DNA of 64,000 nt from Longimicrobiales bacterium. Its GTDB lineage: Bacteria > Gemmatimonadota > Gemmatimonadetes > Longimicrobiales > Gaopeijiaceae. Made by a program: the position numbers and the translations under genes. The notes under the pieces are model-generated. The model worked only from the letters and a program-made list of their open reading frames with translations. It did not search any database and was not told the DNA's origin. Within the stretch, counting starts at the first letter, position 1; each line of letters starts with the position of its first letter. Shown here one piece after another: positions 58,201 through 64,000 of the stretch. The stretch spans positions 4,076,499-4,140,498 of the forward strand of contig OZ242008.1 of NCBI GenBank assembly GCA_965204735.1. The letters are read 5' to 3'.

Positions 58201-59589
58201 AAGCCGATCCCGGGTAACGGCCTTGCCATGCAGCCACTCCCGTGGCCGCCAAGTGCACTGTTCCCACACGTCAAGTATCTTGCGCGGCAGATCGGGAGGA
58301 CACCGAACGTCCGCAAGCTCACGCAGTCGGCCGTCCTGATCGGGCACAATGGGCGTTTTCGACAGCTCTTCCGACAGGCGGTCCCGCAACAGATTGACGT
58401 ACGGGTGATCGCCTTTCTCGTGGCGACGAGGCAGCAGGTCAAGGTGGACGGCCGGGTCTTGGGGAGCAGACATCTCCCGCAGGGAGTCCGCGACCAGCGA
58501 GGCGGCCACTCCCACCAGTTCGTCGTTGTAGTACCTCCCCTCCAGGAGGTTCTGGCGGTTGGAGTCGGTGCGCCACGGGGCGTTGAGAATGCCGCCCAAG
58601 AGGCTGGGCGTTGTCGTTGGGAAGAAGGCCCAGTACCTGCCCGACACGTCATCGCCGTCCTGGCGCATCCCGTCAACGGGAGCTGCCCACCAGATCGGCA
58701 CCTTGTCGCTGTCGTCGGCCATGTCGGGAGCGTCGTCGCGGGCTCTGTCCGACAGGACGTGGGTTTTCTTGAAGCAGCGCCACCGCGCGGGGGCGTCGGG
58801 GCTTGGCTGGCTCTGTGCGTTGTGGTCGGACAGGTGGAGAACACCGTCCGCGTCTTTGTGGAGGACGAGCTCCCGGCAGAGGTCGTCGGCCTCAAGGGTG
58901 AGGCTCTTCACGTGATCGACGAACAACAGAAACTCTGGCGGGAAGCGTTCGACCTGCTGGCGCAGATCGGCGCGGCTGCCCGACTTGAGCGGCAGCCGCA
59001 CGATGTTCATGGCCCAGCCCATCATTTCCTGCAGATGTTCGTCCGGGTCCTCTTGCGGGTCGAAAGGCTCGGGGAAAGGGAACAACGGGTAGTGCGTCAA
59101 GGGTTCTGCGAGGTGCCGCCGCAAGCGCTGTTCCGCTCTCCGCTTGTCGAAGGACAGGGAAACCGAGCAGCTGATGAAGTCGGGCGAGTCCGTCACGCGC
59201 AACACGGACTTGAAGCCCAAGCCGAACCGGCCGATCTCGTTGATCGCTCTCTTGGTCGAGAGCCGAGAGAACATCAGGGCCTTTACCCCATCGAGCGCGA
59301 TGGCCTTCCCGTCGTCCGCACAGTAGAGGTGCGTTCCTGTGAGCTTGATGAGGATTCTGCCGCCGTGGCCGCTACGGATGGCGTCGGCGCTGTTCTGCAC
59401 CAATTCGTAGAGCTGCCTGCGGGCGTAGCCGCCGCCGGCGGTGTCCCGCTCGATCTCGGCCTGCTGCTTCGCCAGCGAAGGTTGGCGGCCAAACGCCTCC
59501 AGGGTCCTGGAGACCTCTCGCTCCACCTCCCGAGCCAGCGGGCTCGTCGGTCCTTTCCAGTCCGGACAGCGTGAGGCAGGCGACATCAT
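55255..59589 (-). CDS. Sacsin-N-like GHKL ATPase fused to SF2 DEAH helicase (1444 aa)
   Basis: ELVQNSADA, DDG, IGRFGLGFKSV; then LPTGAGKT, FDEAH, GLTATP, EGFDAP, QMIGRGLR. Confidence 0.9.
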   Translation of the reverse strand: MMSPASRCPDWKGPTSPLAREVEREVSRTLEAFGRQPSLAKQQAEIERDTAGGGYARRQLYELVQNSADAIRSGHGGRILIKLTGTHLYCADDGKAIALDGVKALMFSRLSTKRAINEIGRFGLGFKSVLRVTDSPDFISCSVSLSFDKRRAEQRLRRHLAEPLTHYPLFPFPEPFDPQEDPDEHLQEMMGWAMNIVRLPLKSGSRADLRQQVERFPPEFLLFVDHVKSLTLEADDLCRELVLHKDADGVLHLSDHNAQSQPSPDAPARWRCFKKTHVLSDRARDDAPDMADDSDKVPIWWAAPVDGMRQDGDDVSGRYWAFFPTTTPSLLGGILNAPWRTDSNRQNLLEGRYYNDELVGVAASLVADSLREMSAPQDPAVHLDLLPRRHEKGDHPYVNLLRDRLSEELSKTPIVPDQDGRLRELADVRCPPDLPRKILDVWEQCTWRPREWLHGKAVTRDRLAKIDRLRSGNLNEQKPSRPVRRESFACWLESLVKGQVGDEAVVASKTAINIAAMITGAPVDRFASLLESVVERPGDEAVVASKIAIWIGASWRDLPQDGSPGARTDRRHALAIAATKTGASVDHSEFGEIVLTQSGAWKEPGSAEVFVLEEKEYDGFHGDDGLIVHRDVACDPLTLGLLVLLGVQWMSPAGLFKAEAKAMLGVGKGEACGGGESWDKFWRLARPVDPQEACRVITACPREPCVRTIKGTWQRLRHVLLPGCVVPYDGTRDAGFAIDTKYHQEDMDLLRSLGASEGPRGCVELADSTLFLSFLCDKREEFRRSVDGKPHTKFLVFDATQGAGPLDLMEYLTDEGKAQYTTLLLDHDDTYARWTMRHKSRPGWGEREFDSLTVHAILKHGLIDFDGRYATMRDLRTSPQKYASALRTLMTHPKAEQIRDVFGLDYPHPEPIGPNDVDRERDLVRRGSSDEERLLLAVGREGLQSRLGRSVLAAIEPLTPAKIAKAAIARYHTGALKEYQSFLTRLEPPSRWAGSAEARKFVCSLGFPEEWAGERGHSRRPFQEVNAPHSLPKLHGYQKTIVDNIHKMLLESAGGAGADRRGMMTLPTGAGKTRAAVEAIVTAMDKDLEGSILWVADRDELCEQAVQAWCQVWSAVGPQGQRLRVSRMWGGQSGPEPGPGRNVVVATPQTLRNKVDVARHHFDFSVVVFDEAHRSTAPTATSVQHELGVTRWKRSDEPFLIGLTATPYRGQSKRETARLADRYDHNRLDDKAFPTTEPESVVRLLQEHGILAKADHQAVEGAGEFVLTKAEKEELDSTPHHAWLPRTAEQRLAADRERTERIVDAYKRYVAGHAWPTLVFATSVDHSHTIATLLNLEGIRARSVSGETETYSRRQVVEEFRRGEVQVLVNYRVFAEGFDAPNTRVIMVARPVYSPNLYFQMIGRGLRGPKNGGNERCLIINVEDNIRGFGRELAFSGLEWLWDR

Positions 59590-59760
59590 AGGCCCAGCAT
59601 AGCCCCATACTCATGGCCGGAGCAAGCGACCGTCGAAACCCGGTTGCGGCTCGGACCCGCGGCCGCTTGCCAGTCTCACGTCTCGCTCATGTCGGTCCAG
59701 ACCGGCAGTGCCTTGGAGGGCCAGCCGATAGGTCAGTTTCCGCCGGCCAGAACGATGGTG

Positions 59761-60024
59761 CTACCGCGAACGCTGCTCGGCAGCGCCGTTTCCTGCGGCC
59801 TCCAGTAGCTCGTCGCCGGTGTCGCTGTCCACCACCGCGTCCCCGACCCGAGTCAACTCCTTCGCGCCCATCCCCTCCACCAGCCCCTCCAGCTCCCGCG
59901 CCGTCTCCGCACCGAACCGCCGGGACGCCAGCCGCAGCACCATCGACCGGCCCTGCTCCGCCCGGCCCCGCGCCCGCCCCCTCTCCTCGTGGCCTCTCGC
60001 CCAGTCGTCGTAGGTCTCGCTCAT
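59761..60024 (-). CDS. Predicted in-frame internal small protein (Rpn-S antitoxin), 87 aa
   Basis: AAGGAG 9 nt upstream of the in-frame ATG of MSETYDDWARG. Confidence 0.6.
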   Translation of the reverse strand: MSETYDDWARGHEERGRARGRAEQGRSMVLRLASRRFGAETARELEGLVEGMGAKELTRVGDAVVDSDTGDELLEAAGNGAAEQRSR

Positions 60025-60807
60025 GTGGTCTTGCTCCTTCGGTTGGATGATCCATTGCACGGCTTGCCGCCGACGCTCCTCCGGCCCCCTCGCAACCCGC
60101 AGCCGCTCGTCGACCCAAACCGACAGCGCCCTGCGCACGTCCGAATGCGCCGGTCCGCCCCAGCGCTTCGCCAAGCTTCGGCGAACGCTCGGCAGGCTCG
60201 TCCACGGCGCCGTCTCCATCGCCGCAAGCCAGGCGAGGAGGCTGTCCTCGGGAAGCAAGTCTTGCGCGAAGGCCGCCTGCAAGTCAAGCACCCGGTGGCC
60301 GTGGGAGTGCTGCCATTCGCCCCCCAGCCCACGCGCCGCCTCCGGCAACGAGGGCGTCCGCCTGCGGGCGAGTTGGGCCAACGTCGGAACCGCGCTCCAC
60401 GGCTGCCCGCCGGAGTAGACGACGACGGACACGATGTGGGGCATGGCGCCGCCGGGGTCGAGCATGCCTGGATTGCGGTGAAACACCAAGTGCGCCCCGT
60501 GGCTGTAGTCCATGGTGCGGAAGACCATTTCGTGGTCCACCGAGGACTGGAACTCGACGAGAAAGACGACCGACGCCCGGCGGCCCTTGAACCAGACCCG
60601 CCAGGCGCAGTCGCCGAGCCGGCGCTTCAAGTCGGCGCTGACGCTCTCGGTAAGGAACGGCTTGACGGCCCGGAGGTCGAGCCGGTGGACCCAGCCCTTG
60701 GCGGCGAAGTCGCGGACCAGGTCGGTGGCGGCGGGGGGGTGCGAGAACAGGAGCTTGCTGGTCTGGTCGTGCCTGCGCGAATCGGGTTCTTGGGCGGGGC
60801 GGTTCAT
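59761..60807 (-). CDS. Rpn/YhgA-family PD-(D/E)XK nuclease (putative transposase)
   Basis: HDQTSKLLFSHP, DCAW, LVEFQSSVD, VVYSG..PW; C-terminal G...G...G repeats and RRFG. Confidence 0.88.
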   Translation of the reverse strand: MNRPAQEPDSRRHDQTSKLLFSHPPAATDLVRDFAAKGWVHRLDLRAVKPFLTESVSADLKRRLGDCAWRVWFKGRRASVVFLVEFQSSVDHEMVFRTMDYSHGAHLVFHRNPGMLDPGGAMPHIVSVVVYSGGQPWSAVPTLAQLARRRTPSLPEAARGLGGEWQHSHGHRVLDLQAAFAQDLLPEDSLLAWLAAMETAPWTSLPSVRRSLAKRWGGPAHSDVRRALSVWVDERLRVARGPEERRRQAVQWIIQPKEQDHMSETYDDWARGHEERGRARGRAEQGRSMVLRLASRRFGAETARELEGLVEGMGAKELTRVGDAVVDSDTGDELLEAAGNGAAEQRSR

Positions 60808-61059
60808 GCGATGGCGGCCTTCCATGCGGGACGTGCGAGGGGTGGTGCTTCGCGGCGGGCGCCGACCGCGTCCGCCGGAGCAGGCCACCAAGATGCGACT
60901 GCCGCATCAAGGTTCCTTCATCGCGCGGGGCGCTCGCATCCCGCGATGTGGAAAGGCCGATTCTTCGACCCCTCATCCCCCGAAACCATTCGCATCATAT
61001 CAACGTATAGTGTAAAATTGGGGCACATCCAAGTCGCCCTCTCCGAATCAAGGAGCCCC

Positions 61060-62205
61060 ATGAAGGACGAAGCGCGGATCGGCGCGAATCTGGCCCGGTT
61101 GCGACGGGACCGGGACCTCACGCAGGAGGAGCTGGCCAAGAAGGCCGGCCTCTCTCGGGTCACGGTGGGAAAGGCCGAGAGGGGGACCGCTCTGCCTCGC
61201 GCGGGGACCCTGCGGGCGCTGGCGGGAGCGCTCGGCGTGCGGGTCGCCGATCTGGTCGCGGTCGTGCGGCCCCTGGACAACGTGAGGTTCCGGGCCCGGG
61301 CCACCGTCTACTCGCGCGAGCAGATTCTGGCGGAGGTGTCGGAGCGGCTGGCCGGCTACGAGGAGCTGGAAGCCTGTCTCGACGAGCGCCTGCCGTTTCG
61401 GTTCGGAGCGTCCTGGGACCCGGCGTGGGCCAGATCGCCGACCCAAGCAGCGAAGCGCGCCCGACAAGCCGTCGGCCTTGGCCCGCGCGAGCCGGTTCGC
61501 GACATCTGCGGGCTCCTCGAAGACAACGGCGTCAAGGTGCTGCTGCTGGACAAGCCGCGAGACTCCTTCTTCGGCCTCAGCGTCGGAGTCGGAGGCCGTG
61601 GCCCGGCCGTAGTCGTGAACACGTGGCGCCGCATCTCGGTGGAGCGCTGGGTCTTCACGGCAGCCCACGAACTGGGACACCTGCTGCTTCATCCCTCCGA
61701 CTACGTACGCGACGCGACCGGACCGTCCCACGACGCCGAGCGGGAAGCCGACGCGTTCGCCAGCGAGTTCTTGATGCCCGAGCAGGCGTTCGGGCCCGAG
61801 TGGTCGGCGACCCGCGGCCAGCCGTTGATCGTTCGCGTCCTGAAGGTCAAGCGGATGTTCAAGGTAAGCTACAAGACGGTCCTGTTCCGGCTGGTCGCCT
61901 CGGACCGAGCGACTCGTGCCGTGTGGCCGGCGTTTCAGCGCCAGCACAAGGCGCGCTTCGGCAGGACGCTGCGCAAGAAAGACGAGCCGGCGGCCATGGA
62001 GCGCACCGAGTTCGCGTGGGACTGGCTCCGATCCGGCGAACCGGACGGCGTCTCGCCTCACGACTTCGTGGACGACAGGCTGTCCCGACTCGTGCGCCAG
62101 GCTCTGGAAAGCAACCACGTGTCTCTCGGACGCGCGGCCGAAGTCCTTGGCCTGACCCCAATGGAGATGCGACAACGTACCCGTGACTGGCGGAGCCGAC
62201 AATGA
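61060..62205 (+). CDS. XRE HTH fused to ImmA/IrrE (DUF955) metallopeptidase
   Basis: LTQEELAKKAGLSRVTV, FTAAHELGH, EREADAFASEFLMP; AAGGAG RBS. Confidence 0.93.
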   Translation: MKDEARIGANLARLRRDRDLTQEELAKKAGLSRVTVGKAERGTALPRAGTLRALAGALGVRVADLVAVVRPLDNVRFRARATVYSREQILAEVSERLAGYEELEACLDERLPFRFGASWDPAWARSPTQAAKRARQAVGLGPREPVRDICGLLEDNGVKVLLLDKPRDSFFGLSVGVGGRGPAVVVNTWRRISVERWVFTAAHELGHLLLHPSDYVRDATGPSHDAEREADAFASEFLMPEQAFGPEWSATRGQPLIVRVLKVKRMFKVSYKTVLFRLVASDRATRAVWPAFQRQHKARFGRTLRKKDEPAAMERTEFAWDWLRSGEPDGVSPHDFVDDRLSRLVRQALESNHVSLGRAAEVLGLTPMEMRQRTRDWRSRQ

Positions 62206-62414
62206 GCAGCCGCAGCCATTCTTCACCTTCTCTGGAAGGAGATATCTCCATGCAGCCCACCTTTCTCCTAGACGCAAACTTGGTGGCAGCCAGGGCCGTC
62301 TCTTCTGTCTTCGCCTGGGAAGTCGCACTCCAGATACAACGGTCCAACCCTCATCACATCAACGACAGGGTGATGCGGCGGTTTGAGAACAAGCTTCGAG
62401 GCCTTGGCCAATAG
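62202..62414 (+). pseudogene. Possible truncated PIN-like partner of XRE-ImmA
   Basis: ATGA-coupled. FLLDAN resembles the first PIN motif, but the rest is unrecognisable. Confidence 0.25.
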
Positions 62415-62758
62415 CAGAAGATGCCCGCTTGATTCACTTTGTTAGCGGTGCCACCGGGTCGGGGCGCGTGGGCTTTGCCAGCTCTGTGCGTTGCCGTCCG
62501 ACAGGTGGAGAACTTCGTCTTCGTGCTTGCGAAGGATCATTTCCCTGTCAGCAGCTGTTGTCGGTCAAGAGGACGGCTGACCTGCGTCTTCTCCTTGCGG
62601 AACGATTCTCACCGCCTTTGCGGCCCGGGCGATCATGGACCGACCCTGGTCGCTCCGAAGGAAGTCTCCAAACTGCTTTCGGTCTACCGAGTGACCACCG
62701 GCTGTGGTGTGGTGGATCTTCCATTCGGTAATCGTCGGCTGACCGTCCCGCGCCATCT

Positions 62759-63385
62759 CTACTTCTTCCGCAGGCGCTCCCCGGCCTTCTTGATCCCCTC
62801 GCCGGTCCGGCTGATCCCCTGGCCGATGCCGCTCAGGACGCTGCCCAGGGCCCTTCGCACGACGTCCGCGTCCTCCTCCTCGTGCAGGAAGATCTGGATG
62901 ACGCCGTTCGAAGCCTCGTCGCCGTAGAGCTCCACTGCGGCCGGGCCCTTGAGGACCTCGACGCGATCGATGCTCGAAGGGTCCAAGGCGTCCAGCACTT
63001 CCCGTCTGCTGGCGCCCCCGTGGTCCACGCGGACCCCGTCCACGTAAAGGAGCGGCTGCGCGGGCACGGCTTCGGCTTCCCGCTCCACGCGGACTCCGTC
63101 GACGTACACGAGATCGGCCTCTCCCAGGGCAACGACGTCGTTGCCGACGATCCGAATCCTCGTCTTGGAGACCGCGTCCGCCCCGTTCTCGGCGTCCGTG
63201 GTCGCGGGGCTGGTCGCGTCCGTGGTCGCCTCTGCCGGAGTCGCCGCAACGGTGACCTCGACGTCCACGGCACTATCGGAGCCGCCGTTGGAGACAGGCG
63301 CGTCGCACGCGACCAGGGCGGCAAGGGCGACTCCCGCCAACAGGGTCCGGCGGGAGAAATCCAGGGTGCTCTTCTGCTCGGGCAT
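62759..63385 (-). CDS. Lipoprotein with stand-alone TonB-plug-like domain
   Basis: Lipobox LVAC; PLLYVDG...LDPSSIDRVEVLKGPAAVELYG..ASNGVIQI. Confidence 0.78.
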   Translation of the reverse strand: MPEQKSTLDFSRRTLLAGVALAALVACDAPVSNGGSDSAVDVEVTVAATPAEATTDATSPATTDAENGADAVSKTRIRIVGNDVVALGEADLVYVDGVRVEREAEAVPAQPLLYVDGVRVDHGGASRREVLDALDPSSIDRVEVLKGPAAVELYGDEASNGVIQIFLHEEEDADVVRRALGSVLSGIGQGISRTGEGIKKAGERLRKK

Positions 63386-63460
63386 GAGTCTCGGCCTCCG
63401 TGTTCTCGATTTCGGTGTCCCGACAGCGGCAACTACGGTAAGTGCCGTCGAAGGGGTTCG

Positions 63461-63850
63461 TCAAACTGGGCATCGCCCGGCGGCGGCGCGGGACGCTGCC
63501 CAGACGGCTCCGATGGCGCACCACTGGGGGTTCGTGGTGGTCCTGCGTGTCCAGACTTCGCCGACCGATGTCGGCGGGTGCGCCACCACAGGGCGAGCCG
63601 CACCGGGGACACCGCGATCACCGTGACGGGATAGGCGACCAGGACCGCCGTGATGGAGAAAGGCGAAGTGGATCGACAGGAACACCGTCTCGACCACGTA
63701 CAGCGCCGCCTTGGCCACGTGCTTCACGGCGACACGCACTCGCCGCAGACGGTCGCCCTCTTCGCCGCCCTCGGACTCGATCCGCGCCGCCGCCGTCTCG
63801 CCGCCGCTCGCGCACGACTCGCACTCGATGATGATTGTCGCCTCGGTCAT
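63461..63850 (-). CDS. Hypothetical protein
   Basis: GGAGAG RBS before MTEATIIIECESC; one hydrophobic segment; weak support. Confidence 0.3.
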   Translation of the reverse strand: MTEATIIIECESCASGGETAAARIESEGGEEGDRLRRVRVAVKHVAKAALYVVETVFLSIHFAFLHHGGPGRLSRHGDRGVPGAARPVVAHPPTSVGEVWTRRTTTNPQWCAIGAVWAASRAAAGRCPV

Positions 63851-64000
63851 GTCTCTCTCCATCTTCAGTCCGGGGAGCAGCCGACCGCCACCCCCTCGCA
63901 CACCACTACGCCGGTAAATGACCGGGGACGCACAGCTCCGTGGCCAGCCCCTGGGCCTCTGCCGCGTGCTCGTCCACGACGGGCCACCAGGCGGCACCGT

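Overview
High-GC bacterial chromosomal window. The gene content (GMC and PQQ dehydrogenases, TonB receptor, MBL/cyclase enzymes, beta-propeller lipoprotein, Rpn, Fic) suggests a Gemmatimonadota-like, possibly host-associated organism; this is inference only. Housekeeping and envelope genes (Gld-type ABC operon, rpsN, DEDDh exonuclease, rex, ahcY, CcdA/TlpA) flank two accessory regions. (1) A ~20 kb defence-type island at 17.2-37.4 kb holds an ABC ATPase, a four-gene operon (NinC/PAPS-reductase-like enzyme, GHKL ATPase, two unknown proteins) with a C20 tract in the 5' end of gene 1, a HEPN/ParA-like/P-loop triad, a DarG remnant, Fic, DUF262-DUF1524, an ATPase-TOPRIM fusion, and an AlbA_2 gene split by an IS1380 element. 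(2) An accessory block at 50-62 kb holds an orphan LPD38 protein, a DUF2806 protein, a sacsin-ATPase/SF2 helicase, Rpn with an internal start, and XRE-ImmA. The best candidate for an undescribed system is the putatively phase-variable four-gene operon at 19.1-24.2 kb. A likely selenoprotein peroxiredoxin (in-frame TGA plus SECIS-like hairpin) is split in two by the ORF track at 42.9-43.5 kb. All family calls come from motif recognition, without database searches.
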